From Felis catus (lineage: Eukaryota), in the NCBI RefSeq assembly GCF_018350175.1, contig NC_058368.1, forward strand, positions 9,362,001 through 9,426,000: a stretch of DNA of 64,000 nt, given 5' to 3'. Within the stretch, counting starts at the first letter, position 1. The number at the start of each line of letters is the position of its first letter. Below, in pieces: positions 37,076 through 50,337 of the stretch. The position numbers and the translations under genes were made by a program. Below the pieces are notes generated by a model, which worked only from the letters and a program-made list of their open reading frames with translations, ran no database searches and was not told the DNA's origin.

Positions 37076-38556
37076 TTTGAATTCTCCTTTAATTTGGGGG
37101 ACCCCTCCTGATGCAGTTTCATGGCTTTTAGCAATTTTTAAAAACCTTACTAAATTTATACGCTGGTGTGGTCAAGAGGGACCTCCTGTTACGAACCCTA
37201 CAGATACACTGGAATCTAGAACGTGCATCTGGTTGATGCCGGAGTCACAGTATGATGGGGCAGGCAGCAGCCCACACTTGCTTCTGGCTCTGAGTCTGCT
37301 GATGAAACGTAAATGTCTGAGGAGTGATGGGCGGTGCCAGTGAAATGCAGCCTTCATTCATTTCCAAAGGCACCAAACGTTTTTGCAGAGGGGGAATGCG
37401 TTCATTTCTTTCTTCATTCATTCAGCCATCGATGGCAGCAGACTGCCAGGGACAGACATGATTCCCACCTCCATGGAGCTTTCACACGACAGAGGATACC
37501 TGTCGTGACCAACATCCAAGCCCCTCCAGCTGTCAGAAAGACGCTCTCTTAGTTCAGCCCCCATCCCACCCCCCTCATCCTGTCTGTCTTATTAAGACTA
37601 TGGAGGCGCTCAGCTTGGGAGGCCCACAGTGTGAAATGAAACAAGCCAGACTTGAGCAGGCCAAAGGCTCCTGTGAACACAGAGTCTCTTACCTCCAGCA
37701 CGACCTGCATTTAATTTATTTCCACAAGACTCCCCAAGTTGGATAACCACTAGCATCCTGTGAATTTGAAAGTTGCCTCCACAACTTGCTGATTATATAA
37801 CTTCGGACTGTTTATATGTTTAAGCTCCCAAAGTTCCCAACTTTTCTCATCTATACAATGGGCATGATGATAGTCCTGAATTTGTAAGGTTTGATATGTG
37901 ACATGTCTAAAGCACCCCGCAAGGGCCAGCCACGTGATAGGCACAGACATAGACATTCTCTTCATTATCCCTTCTAGTTTTAGGAGCCTTGGGCTGTGAT
38001 CAAATTGTGAAACAGGCCAATGCTATCACTTTTTAAACTCAAGGATCACAGAATGCCTTGCCTCCAATGGCACTGGGGAAGCAAACGAGGGATAAATCTG
38101 GCTCAGAGCCCTGCAGCAAGACCCAACCCCTGTGCTTTGCCCAGACCGACTTCCTCCTTGTTTAAGTGACTTTAAAAAAGATGTCCAGGTCAGAGCCATA
38201 ATTAGAAGTGACTGAGGGTCAAGGGTGGACCAGCAAGCTTTTGCTGATCAATAGCTGCCATTTATTTCAAAGACAGGAAAAGAGGACTTCGACAGGCAGT
38301 CTGGGTTGGAAGTGTACCTGGGGCCCTCGGCACTCTGGGTGCTGGAACCCAGAACAGGAACGCCCCTCTCCTCCCTCCCTCCCCACCGGGGAAAAGTCCC
38401 CATCAGTCAAACCTCTCCTCTTTGGGAATTCTCAGGATCTGCCCAGCCAGCGACCCTGGGTCCAGCTTTCTCGAGGAAATTTCCAGAATCTCAGTGATAA
38501 ACCATCCTTCTTTTCTATTCTGGAAACGAAACCCTCTGATAAGACAGACAACTTTT

Positions 38557-38776
38557 GGGGCGCCTGGGTGGCGCAGTCGGTTAAGCATCCGACTTCAGCC
38601 AGGTCACGATCTCGCGGTCCGTGAGTTCGAGCCCCGCGTCAGGCTCTGGGCTGATGGCTCAGAGCCTGGAGCCTGTTTCCGATTCTGTGTCTCCCTCTCT
38701 CTCTGCCCCTCTCCCGTTCATGCTCTGTCTCTCTCTGTCCCAAAAATAAATAAACGTTGGAAAAAAAAAAAAAAAA
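38557..38776 (+). mobile_element. Can-SINE, young SINEC_Fc type
   Basis: near consensus; TSD aagacagac. Confidence 0.97.
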
Positions 38777-39008
38777 GACAGACTTTTTTTTTTTTTTTTT
38801 GTCTTCCCACTCTTTCCTCCTGGAAAGCTACGTTGCAACCAAATAAATGTCCTATCTAAACATACCATCCTCACAGCCTACGTTAATACCTTGTGGGATA
38901 TAAAAAACAAAACAAAACAAAACACAACAACAACAAAAAAAACGTTGTCAGAAGCCCAGAACTCCCAATGACAGGGATTTCCCTAATACTAAACTAATGC
39001 ACCCTCTC

Positions 39009-39212
39009 AACGTTTATTTATTTTTGGGGGACAGAGGGAGACAGAGCATGAACGGGGGAGGGGCAGAGAGAGAGGGAGACACAGAATCGGAAACAGGCTC
39101 CAGGCTCCGAGCCATCAGCCCAGAGCCTGACGCGGGGCTCGAACTCACGGACTGCGAGATCGTGACCTGGCTGAAGTCGGACGCTTAACCGACTGCGCCA
39201 CCCAGGCGCCCC
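39009..39212 (-). mobile_element. Can-SINE, young SINEC_Fc type, no poly(A) tail
   Basis: perfect TSD taatgcaccctctc directly abutting aacgtttatt. Confidence 0.97.
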
Positions 39213-39529
39213 TAATGCACCCTCTCAAAGTGGCCCATGTGCTATCCAAACGCCTGTAAATGTGCATGAATATTTTTGTTTGCGTTTTTCGCATTTAGGC
39301 TCCATTCTGGTTTTCAGTTGGCCAGTGGGTTTCAGTTCACTTATTTCCATACCTGTCCTCCAAACGAGGAACAAGAGTGACTTCAAAGCGAGAGATTTCA
39401 AATCTCTAGCTCCCAAACTCTGAATTTTCTCAAGGCCACTTTCAAGTAGATGTTCATCACAAACATTCTCGCACACACAAAAACACCTCGCCGGCTTTTC
39501 AGTACAACTGGGACATAGACGGCGCTCAC

Positions 39530-39840
39530 GGGCCCGCCTCTGCACCTTGTAGCCCCGCCCCTCAGTGAAATCAGTACCATGTGACCAGCGCTGGCCAATG
39601 ACATGCGAACAGGAGCCGCCCCTTTCACTTCTGGGCGGAGCTGGTTAAGAATTGGTGTGAGTCCTGCCTTTTTTCTTTACCTGCCCTGCAGGACTTCATC
39701 TCTCTCACTTCCTGCGGAGGGTGTAACTGCAAGATGGAAAAGAGCCCCCTGACCCTTGTCGGATTTTGTGAGTGAGATACAAATCTGAGATATGAAGATT
39801 GGTCTATTGCGGCTGCCAGCATCCGCAAACCAAATGAATA
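39530..39840 (+). mobile_element. old MaLR LTR (MLT1J-like)
   Basis: ccatgtgaccagcgctggccaatgacatg...cacttctggg...caagatggaaaagagcc...gtgagtgagatacaaa. Confidence 0.65.
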
Positions 39841-39946
39841 TCAGATCAATTTTCACGGGTCACATTCACTAGATTACTCACTTTCAGACCATTTCTTGTT
39901 CTTAGAAGTAGGTCGTTGGTGCATTTTATTTTCCCAAGCTCATTTC

Positions 39947-40151
39947 TTTTTTCTAATGTTTATTTACTTTTGACATAGACAGAGCCTGAGCAGAGGAGGG
40001 GCAGGGAGAGAGGGAGGCACAGAATCCGAAACAGGCTTCAGGCTCTGAGCTGTCAGCACAGATCCTGATGTGGGGCTCAAACTCACAAACCATGAGATCA
40101 TGGCCTGAGCCGAAGCTGGACACTTAACTGACTGAGTCACCCAGGCACCCC
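39947..40151 (-). mobile_element. Can-SINE
   Basis: TSD cccaagctcatttct. Confidence 0.95.
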
Positions 40152-40714
40152 TACCCCAAGCTCATTTCTTAAGCTTGTGTGTAACCTCTGCTGTGGGCCA
40201 GGCACTTCTGGGCCTGGGGTTAGGGAGATCCGTGAACCCCTTCCCACACCTGCCCTAAAAAATATTATACCGTCTACTGGGGCGAGACAGACACAGTCAA
40301 AGAGCACTCTTGAACGCGCCTGTCTAGATGCTGTGAGCAAAATAATTATCTCCTAGGAATTGTCTCAAAGCCCTTGTTTTAGCAAATTCAGACCAGTCAC
40401 AGATGCTGACAGGAAATCTAGGAATCAAAGCACATACTTACTTTGATCAGACTTAATTGGCCAGCTATTTCATTGAATCGCATTCAATTTCGTTATTAAT
40501 TGAGTCTTTATTCTTTATCTAATGAGTACCCGGGAAGACCTCCGCCCCAGAAACCACCACCATCAAGTAAAAAGTAAGTACAACAATCAAACAAACTCCC
40601 AGGACAGTATCCATTCTCTTAAGTTATAAAATAAAAAATTAAAACAGGTTTGAGGGGGCCTTTTGGACCCACGAGATGGTAAAAAAAAAGAAAAAGCTCT
40701 TCTAGAAAACATCC

Positions 40715-41172
40715 GCCTTAGTTTGCTCGGGCTGCCATAACAAAGCGCCACAGACTGGATGGCTTAAAACAACAGAAAGGCATTGTCTCACAGTTCTGGA
40801 GGCCACAAGTCCAAGATCAAGGTGTGGGCAGCGTCGGGTCTTTCTGAGGAGTTTGAGGGAGACTCTGTTCCTGGCCTCTCTCCCTGCTCCTGGTGATTTG
40901 CTGAAACCTTTGCTGGTTTTTTTTTTTTTTGGCATCTAGATGCTTCACCCTGATCTCTACTTTTGTCCGCACGTGACATCCTCCCGCGCCTCTCTGTCCA
41001 AATTTCCTCCTTTTATAAGGACACTGGTCGTATTGGATGAGGGGCGAGCCTACTCCAGTCTGACCTCATCTTGATCATCTAGGAAGACCCTACTTCCAGA
41101 GGAGGTCACGCTGACAGGTCCTGGGGGTTAGGACTTCCACATCGTCCGGGGCAAACAATTCAACCTGTAACA
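40715..41172 (-). mobile_element. MaLR solo LTR (MLT1C-like)
   Basis: ttagtttgctcgggctgccataacaaa...tccaagatcaaggtgt...ttttataaggacactggtcgtattgga...acaattcaacctgtaaca. Confidence 0.88.
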
Positions 41173-42699
41173 GTCCCCAGCACTGGCAAAGTTGGGGCAA
41201 AACTGGTCTGCTTCCCCGATGACGTTTGTAGCAGTGAAAGTAGTTGTAAAATGTGAGGGAAGCCATTTGGTAAGGGGCAGCAGCAGCGATCCCCATGGAT
41301 AGCCTTCCGTCCACAGATTTCACTCTCAGGAATGTGTCTCACCCCTACTGGGTATGTCAGATCTGGGTCTTCTCCTTCGCAGGGATGTATAGAAGTGAGT
41401 CAGAAGCACTCGGTGCTATAAGTTACGAAACGTTTTGTGGATCCAAGTCATTTTAATTGCATGTAAGTATATTTACCTATTATAGCCCCCATTTTATCCC
41501 TCAGGTCTCCCAATGTGCCTTCTCTTCTGCTGTGAGAACTTCAGTGGGAAAGTTTGAAGAGATCTGTCTTCGGGAAGTAATTCACCAGAAGCCGAAGCCA
41601 CTAGGTACCAAGATGATTGTTGTGGTATAATTGCCATTCCCAAACTAAAACAAAAAGCCATTATTTATTCAGCTGATATTTACCGAGTACCTTCTATCTG
41701 TAGGGCCTTGTGCTAGGGGCTAGTGAACGCAACGGTAAAAAATCATTCTAGTCCCTGTTTGCAAAGAGCCTACACTCCCAACTGGTGAAAGTCTTAACAA
41801 ATTATATTCTTAACATGCTGGCATAGCATGCAGTCATTAAATGGTAATTAAGAAAGATGCAAATACTATTTAAAATTCATAAAGATTAATTTCGAATGGC
41901 GAATACACTGTGGCATAACCATTCGCAACATGCACGCTTGTTGGCTTTTGTCTATTTTTTCTTTCACTTCTGCATAGTGCGTGCCCAATAAGAACTTGCT
42001 CAAACGAAAGAACGTATTGAGGACTGGAAGGTCATTTGCAAAATCAAAAAACTAAAACTAAAAATCAACCAACCAACAAGAAAGACCACTGTTGTACTTG
42101 GGTAATGGAATCATGAATACGTTTTCCAGAACTTTCTTGTGTATAGCTGGTACTACATTTTGTTGGAAGATAGGCTAACAGATTCAAAAAGGGACTCCTA
42201 GGTGCTTCTAGAATGTATATGCCACGGGAATAAAAATCTTAAAGAAATTAAAAATAAAAGAACTTCGGCTCTGGGATGTCCCCAAGACTGAGAGGCTATG
42301 TGACCTGATGGCTCCCTCTCAGCCGAATGTATTCTTCAGTCATGCCAGTGGTCCAGGCACTGGACAGGTAGGAGGCTACTGGAAAGGTCCAAGCGAAACC
42401 TGCTGAGGGTCCAAACTGAGAAGGTGATGGGGTGGTAAGGAGGAACTGAGGGGGGGAAATCTCTCATTTTCTATGCCCGATCTCTCCAGTCCGGCTTCCC
42501 TAATGTTGCACTGACTGCCAGCCTTCCCCCACCCCTCCGGCCCCCAGCTTTTCTAGAAGAGGAGTGGGGAGTGTTATCCCATATTTGGGTGACTCCTAGA
42601 CGAGTTTAGGAGAGCTTATCTCGGATGAGATCTGGTATAGGCAATCAGTGGAGACAGGAAGACAAAATCTCTACCTATCCTGGCAAAATATGTCCATGC

Positions 42700-43620
42700 A
42701 AATAAAACTCAGAACGAACTCTTGACATCCAATGGGCCTTTGCAAGTCCCTTGATCGATTTGATTTGACAGCTCCCTGCCTCTCACTCCCCTAACATGTA
42801 CACAATCGATCTGTCTCAAAGCCGTATAGATTCTACCTAAAAATATATGTGGCACATCCGTCCACCCTGTGCACCCTATAGCCATCATCTGACTCCAAGG
42901 CCCCAGAAACTCTTGCCTGCGTTCCTCCAACACCCCAATACTGGTATCATTGCTTCTACCCTTGGCCTTCCTGGTCCTCTCTCTATACAAGAGCCAAAGA
43001 GATCTTTTTAAAAGCACAACTCAGGTCAGGTTACTCGTGTGCCAAGTCACCCTTAGTGGTACCTATTTCACTGAGGATAAAATATAGAATCCTTAACATG
43101 GACTGCAAGGCTCCCCTTACACTGCCCCTGCCTATCTCTCCAGCCCTTCTCTTCGAAGTATCCTCACTCACTTCATGGACTACATTGGCCTTTCAAGCTC
43201 TCAGATGCGTCAAGCTGCCTCGTGCCTCAGGGCCTTTGCACATGTTGTCCTTCCTTTCTGGAATATTCTCCTCTCCACTCTTTGCCTACTTAATAGCTAT
43301 TCATTTTTTTTTTAGCTTTCAGCTTAAAGTCATCTCCTTAGAAGGGTCTTTTTCTAAACTCTTCACATAGTTAGAACCCCCCTGCTATGTTCTCCAATAG
43401 TGCCTCAGCACTTTTCTTTCATACAGTTATCTAAATATAAAAATTTCTTCTTTATCTGTGCGGTGACTGATGGGCTTAATGTCTACCTCCCCTATCAGCG
43501 TGTAACTTCTATGAGGGCAGAGACCGTATCTGCTCCTTTTGGGATTGTATGCCTACCCAGTGCCTTGCAAGATCCGTGGTTCATGGTGAGCCCTCCACAT
43601 GCATCTGCCGAATGAGTGGT
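42700..43620 (+). mobile_element. L2 3' region
   Basis: agccaaagagatctttttaaaagcacaa...gcctcagggcctttgcacatg...tgtaacttctatgagggcagagacc. Confidence 0.8.
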
Positions 43621-43942
43621 TATTCCCAGATATCAGTTAAATCACAAGAAGTATTTCCTGGTCATGCACGTAATCTTGAATCCAATTTAAGAATTACATA
43701 ATGAAGAGTAACTGAAACACATAGTAATTCTTTTGCGAATGTGGAGGGTGCATTCCAAGGACATACTTCTTGGTTTGACAGTTTATTTCTAGAGGTAGAA
43801 ATATAGCAGGCAATCAGAGATGGCCCAGGGTGCCAGATAAGGGATTGTCTTGGAAACATCATTAAATACTTTATAAATTAGGCAATTTCAGGCTGTGAGA
43901 GGATAAAGACACACTCAGTTTGTCTCAGTTAATGGAGGTCTA

Positions 43943-44250
43943 TCAGCCGGGACTCTTAATATTGCATGTGACAGAGGACCCATCTCCAACTGCCTTAAAC
44001 AACACAGAGGATTTATTGGCTTCATAACTGGAAAGTCTAGAGACAAGGTTGTCTTTCCTCAGGAGAGACTTGATGTGATGGCCTGACGATGTCACGAAGG
44101 CCCCTGTGTGTCTTTGTCTCTGACCTACCACGCACGTGTTGCTTTGTCCTTGGTTGTTCATGGTCACCTTAGGGTCGGAAGCAAAAGGGCTAGTGCCATC
44201 CAGACCTCACGTCCTCCCCCATTTGAGCTACAGAAGAGTGCCTTTCTTCC
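43943..44250 (-). mobile_element. old MaLR LTR (MLT1K/L-like)
   Basis: ttgcatgtgacagaggaccc...ggatttattggcttcataactggaaagtctaga. Confidence 0.6.
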
Positions 44251-44589
44251 AGAAGCTTCTGTAGTGATACTCAAACGTGACTGATCAGCAGAATCCCATG
44301 ACAAGCTGATGCCTGGCACCCTACCCAGCACCTCTGTCCCCAAACTTAGTCTCTCTGGTGGAGAGCCTGAAAAGCTGCGAGCTTTGAAATTTTTTGTAGA
44401 AGTCTATAAAGGAGAAACAAAAATTGTCGCATTATGCAACCTTCCAGAAAACACTTCATGGAAGTTTTCCAGTGAAAGTCATCAATACACAAAGGAAGAA
44501 AATCAAACAGTAGAGAATGAAATGTTAGCGTATTTCTCCCCATCCCTTGCCCCAAAGGTTGGTAGATATCAACACAATTCAGTTTTAGA

Positions 44590-44694
44590 TTTTTTTTTTT
44601 TAATTAAGTAGGCTCCACGCCCAACGTGGGGTTTGAACTCACAACCCTGAGATCCAGGGTCCCATACGGTACTGACTGAGCCAGCCAGGTGTCT
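44590..44694 (-). mobile_element. short old Can-SINE
   Basis: aagtaggctccacgcccaacgtggggtttgaactcacaaccctgagatc...gactgagccagccaggtg. Confidence 0.85.
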
Positions 44695-44699
44695 GCTTT

Positions 44700-45985
44700 C
44701 CCCTAAAGGTGTCACTGTTATCAGTCTCTTATGTATTTTCCATTACGAAAGAATTTGTGCGTTTACCAAAATGTACAGTGTATCATTTTTTACATTTTAT
44801 AAAAAAGGATCATACTACTTATATGCTTCTGCTTCTTGCTTTTTCTCACCAGAAAATACAACTCAGAGACTGTGCTCTATTTGCAAATGGAGTTCCTCTT
44901 CAGCATTTTTAGAAGATATAAAACGGGAAAGCCCGGGAGGCTCCGTCGGTTGAGCATCTGATTTTCGCTCAGGTCATGATCTCGCAGTTCCTGAGTTCGA
45001 GCCCCACATCGGGCTCGCTGCTGTCGGCAAGGAGCCCGCTTTGGATCCTCTGTCCCCTCGCTCTCCACCCCTCCCCCACTTGCGCTCTCTTTCAAAAATA
45101 AACATTAAAGAAAAAAAAGATGTAAGACTGTAACCACAGTTTATGTAACCAGCTCTCTAGTGAGGGACGTTTGGGTTGTGTGTTACACAAAGCTGCAGTG
45201 AACTTCCTTCTCCATCTGTCTCGACCTTCTTTTGTGGCTGCTTGCACAGAGGGGACTCCTAGCAGTGGGGTCGCTGGGTCAAGGGCCATTTAATAAAATG
45301 CCGATGAACGCTGACCTGATGTTGAGGTTCTGTAGTCTCGTCTATTACCCTTCGAAACTTCACCAATGTTGCTCTCCCTTACACAGGGGCATATATGAGG
45401 ATACTGGGGTGGGGTTGGGGGGGCGGGGAATGGGGAATCGGTGTTTTTTAAAAGCTCATCATGTCATCCTGGAGGTCATCAAGGTGTGAGAGCCACTGTC
45501 CCCGCCCCCCCCCAGTGCAACCAACGTTGCAATGGTGGGTCCCTCGGAAACTGTTAAGAGATGGCTCGCGCCCCCTGCCGCCCATACTCTTACCAGCAAC
45601 GGACCTTAGAAAACTTGATAGATTTTGTCAACCAGATTCATGAAAACGTGGTCTGGCATTGTTCCAATTCGCACGTCCTTACTTCTGAGTGTGGTTGAAC
45701 AACTCTTCAGATGCTTTGGGGCCATAGATATATATTTTTTCCTTGCTTTACCAGGTTGGACCCTCTGTGCTGCCTTCATTAGGTTTGTTTGTATTATGTA
45801 GGGGCTCGTTGCAAAGTAGAGAAACGAGTGCCTGTTCATCTGTGTTCCAAATATTTTTTCTCTTGTTTATTATTGCTTTGGACGGGTTCGTGGGTCTCGT
45901 TATTTGCCCGTTGGTGTGGTTTTCAGCTCTAAAGAAGGCTTTTGTTTTGTTCTGTTCTAATGTGGTCAAATGTTAAAATCTTTCG
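44700..45985 (-). mobile_element. ancient L1 (L1M) fragments with nested SINE and MER5-like piece
   Basis: gggacgtttgggttg...aaagctgcagtgaac; ggcattgttccaattcgcacgtcc...ggttgaacaactcttcagatg. Confidence 0.55.
44925..45118 (+). mobile_element. Can-SINE (older)
   Basis: degenerate head, gctcaggtcatgatctc, A tail; TSD aagatataa/aagatgtaa. Confidence 0.9.
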
Positions 45986-47361
45986 CCTTTCTGGTTTTCT
46001 GGAGGAATCTATTTTTCAAAACCTCCCAGGTGACTGCCAAATTTGTGAGTTATAGCCCCGCAGGATATAAGTGAGGAACAGCATACAGCCCCTTCCCTCA
46101 GGGGGTTTGCAACCATGTGGGGGAGAGAGGTCAGGGTGTCAAAGAGCCTGCGGGGTCGAGGGCACCGTCTGAGAAGTTTCACATGAGCCGGGCGCTGGCC
46201 TGTCTACGATGCCTGCCCCGGCCACCGTCCCCTGCTGGGAGGCTCTCACCCGCAGATCTGTGCTGCAGGGACTAGGAGATTCTGTAAGGTAGCAGAAGGC
46301 AGAGAAAAGCCAGCCACACGGAGTGGAGGAAGAGGTGACTTGGGCACGGAATAGTACCGGCAACGACTATGGGCTGTCTCAACACATCCAGACGCCCCCT
46401 GGTCTCAGAAGTGCCCTGGATGTCATCAGTCCCCAATCTACCCTCCGGAGCCTGGACACCTGGGGTGAGGCTGTCCCCACCTTTTCTGGACATGCCATGG
46501 GCGGAACTTCCTCTCCTGTCTTGTCCAGCCTTAAACAACCAAGTAAACAAATAAGAACACTGCATCTTGCCCCTTAAAGACCCTGACTGATGTGGGGCTG
46601 TAGGACTTCAGAGAAAAGCCAGCTTTTCCTGGCCCGCGGGCCTGGGTGGGGAGTGGAACATAAAGTTCCATGAGCGAGAGAGATTTCTAGCGTGGGGCCT
46701 GCGGAGGGCAAGAGCTGGTTTTCACTCAACTCCATCCCTCAGAGTTTCTGGAACCGGATCCTAAGTGAGATGTAACTTGAATGAAAGAGGCAACCCATCA
46801 ATCAATCATGGCGACAGGTTTTGAATTAGTCTTGGGAAGACTAGGTGAGGACCATTTTCTCTTCCAGCGGAAAGAATGCCTGCTATGTAGGAAGCCCTCG
46901 GCAGTGTTGATCTGAACAGTGAGGTGGGGACGAGGGTGTGAACAAAGGGACGGAGGGGCGAATACCAAAGTAACATCCACAGGATGGCGACAGCAGCCTA
47001 TGGAATGATTCTGTGAGGAAGGTACAAATGCCAGCGGGAGTCTCGAATGCCAGGCTGAGGAATATGGGCCTTAATCTGTTCACAGTGTGGAGTCATTGGT
47101 TCAGGAAAAGACCTGGTTCGAATCAGTGTGGCAGGAAGGCCATTTGAGGACAGTGAGCGGCACGGATTCCAAGGTGGGAGGAAATTTGAAACCATCCAGA
47201 CAAGAGAGGGTTACTCTTGGGGCCAAGGTTGGGAAGTGAAACTGGAAAAGAAAGGGTGGATTTAAGAAAATGGGCAAGGAGACCCTGAAGGCGCAGGTGA
47301 CTGATCTGTCCTGGGAGGGGGCAGGGCAGGGGTGGGCCAGAGAGAGGGAGGAGACCCAGAC

Positions 47362-48275
47362 AAAAATAATTTCAAAATGGATTAAAGACCTAAATGTAAG
47401 ACCACTTTTGAAACCATAAAACTCCTAAATGAAAGCGTGGGCAGTAAACTCTTAGACATCAGTCTTAGCAGTATTATTATTATTATTATCATCTATATTT
47501 TTTGGTATGTCTCGTCAGGCAAGGGCAACAAAAGCAAGAATATAAACAGTCGGGACTACCTCAAACTGAAAAGCTCAGCGTTTGCAGGAAGCAAACCATC
47601 AACAACATGGAAAGGCAACGACCATTTGCAAAGGATATGTCCGATAAAGGGTTAGTTATCCAAACTCCTGCAACTCAGAAACAACACAAACAACTACAAA
47701 AAAAAAAAAAAAGCAAAAAACAAAACAAAACAAACAAAAAAAGCTCCAAAAAAATCCTATTAAAAAATGGGCAGAGGACCTAACTAGACATGTTTACAAA
47801 AAAGACAGGTGGCCAACAGACCCATGAAAGTCGCTCAGCGTCGCTAATCATTAGGCAGATAGCAATCAAAACCACAATAAGATACCACCTCGGGTGGCTT
47901 GACTACAGTGAAATAAGCCAGACAAACCCAAATATCGTATGAGGCCACTCATAGAATGGAATGGGAAACAAAACCAAACAAACGAGCAAACAAAACAAAA
48001 CAGACTCAGAAAGGCAGAGAACAAACTGGTGGCCGCCAGAGGGAGGGAGAGTAGGGAGAATGGGTAAAATAGTTCGTGGGATTAAGAGGTCCAAACTTCG
48101 TCACGGGCATGCAAAGCACAGCACAGGGAATACAGCCAATAATATTGTAATAATTTGTCTGATGACAGCTGTAGTTACAGCTACCAAGGTCAGGATTTCA
48201 TAACGTATGTCAACCCTATGTCGTACGTCTGAAACTAATATCGTATTGTACGTCAACTCGCACCTCAGGAACAAG
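47362..48275 (+). mobile_element. carnivore L1 (ORF2 3' part plus 3' UTR), degenerate with deletions
   Basis: aaaatggattaaagacctaaatgtaagacc...aaaaatgggcagaggacct...agtgaaataagccagaca...ctgaaactaatatcgtattgtacgtcaac. Confidence 0.9.
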
Positions 48276-49193
48276 AGAGATGTATCTGGAATCTTGGTCG
48301 AAGGCATTGCTTTTAGTTTAAATTTCTCACATAAGATTATCAAGGGGGAAAAAGTCCTTTAGTCAGCATGGTGTAGGAGGCAACGGATATTTGCCCCTTA
48401 GTTAAACAAATCTGGCAATTCTGAGAAAGTGAATGAATGTTAATAAATGTAAAAACTAAACAGATGAATCAAAAAAAAAAAAGAACAGAGAAGAAGTATG
48501 GAACAATGAATAACCGAATTCTCAGAATTCTGAAACCAGTAAGTAGTTATCGTACACTGTTTTAATTGTGGTGACTCATGCAGTTTTGGGTGTAATTAGC
48601 TTTTTATTCTTACTCATATTTTAATTTTGAAACAAATATGCAAATGTATGCGAATAGGATAGCTAAGCAAATCATCCATTGCATTTGAGGAACCACTCCG
48701 GCAAATTTTAAAATGGGATCGCAGTTCTGACAGAGAGTTCCAGAAACTCATTTAGAAACAGAATCCCCTAAATGCAGTGAACTTGGCCCTAGAGACACAG
48801 CTCTTTGGAGAGCTTTCGTGAACATGTGTTGAGAGGTTCAGGGGGAAATGAATGTTTCCCCTCAGATCCTTCTGGGCCTTCTGGATTCTGATCAAAGCCT
48901 GGATCCCTGGGCCTGCCTAGGATAACAGCGGGGCTGCTTATGGGCTGAAGCTCCCCAGGGTGTGGACTAAGCCAGGAGATCTTTATTCCCAGGCTCTCCA
49001 GAAAGACGAGGGAAGTTATGGCTGCTGTCCAAACTGTTAATTTTCATGTGCTTCCTTACACTGTTATTTCCACCATCCAATGGAAGCCACCATCCATGTG
49101 GCTCAGTCTCAGCCCAAAGTTGGAGTCGGGAAACACCATCCAGCACCCCCAGAGTGATTTCAAGATAATCGAAGTTCTTTGCACGCCTTTCTT

Positions 49194-49424
49194 TTTTTTT
49201 TTTTTTTTTAATTTTTTTTTTCAACGTTTATTTATTTTTGGGACAGAGAGAGACAGAGCATGAACGGGGGAGGGGCAGAGAGAGAGGGAGACACAGAAGC
49301 GGAAACAGGCTCCAGGCTCCGAGCCATCAGCCCAGAGCCTGACGCGGGGCTCGAACTCACGGACCGCGAGATCGTGACCTGGCTGAAGTCGGACGCTTAA
49401 CCGACTGCGCCACCCAGGCGCCCC
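49194..49424 (-). mobile_element. Can-SINE, young SINEC_Fc type
   Basis: near consensus; TSD tgcacgcctttctt. Confidence 0.97.
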
Positions 49425-50103
49425 TGCACGCCTTTCTTAAACGCAGTAACAGAGACAGTTGGCTCACAGCACTACTTTGTGAATTCTCCTCTTTTCCATC
49501 TAGTCCCCTCACACCCCAGCACCTCTTTCCTCAAAACTTCCTGATGGGCTGAGCCAGCCAAGAGGCGCTCGGACGATGGCAGAACCCTTCCCGGTGGACG
49601 GGGGCTGGGGGAGGAGAGGCGTCTGGGGAGCAAAGCCCTCTAAGACCCGCAAGGGCAAGAAAGCCCGGGGCACCGAGCTTTTCATCCCATCTCCCCTGTG
49701 TCCTTTCATGAACGGGTCAGATCCGGAGCCTCTGCAGCGGTGGGACCGTCGGCCTGCAGGTGGAGTTCTGGCCCTTGACTGTCAGGTTGGTTAGATCCAC
49801 GCTGTCTTGGAAGGGCAAGTCAGATGGCTGCGGGGCGCCCTGTGCTCAGCTCCAGCGATGACATCTTTCTGTCACCAGAGGTGTCGAGAATCATCACATC
49901 GCAGCGAGTGTCAAGGTCTCGAGTGCGTCACCGGCAGTTATCACTGTTCCCAGACACGAGACATACACCCCTCGGTCCCTAGCTCAAGGCCATGACAGAG
50001 TTGTCTTCAGTTTGGGGCTATTTCCACCAGCCACCCCCCCCACCGCTGCCTTCTCCCGCCTTGGGCCCCTCCCTCCCCATCGGGCCCCGTGAAAACCATT
50101 TTC

Positions 50104-50172
50104 TTTTTTTCAATTATTTTTTATTTTAGACAGAGAAAGAGAGCGTGCGAACAGGGGAGAGGGGCAGAGGGA

Positions 50173-50214
<42 letters not shown>

Positions 50215-50337
50215 CCTATACACGCTCCACGCTCAGGGCAGAGCCCTATGCAGGGCTCGAGCCCACGACCCTGGGATCATGACCCGAGCTGAAATCAAGA
50301 GTCGGCTGCTCAACCTACTGAGCCAGCCAGGCGCCCC
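50104..50337 (-). mobile_element. Can-SINE (older subfamily)
   Basis: GA tract, gagctgaaatcaagagtcgg; TSD tgaaaaccattttct/tgaagaccattttct. Confidence 0.94.

Noticed and set aside
39105..39115. All three minus-strand young SINEs have ctcgg where the five plus copies have ctcag
   Set aside because: Single CpG site and small sample; explained by subfamily variation or CpG decay
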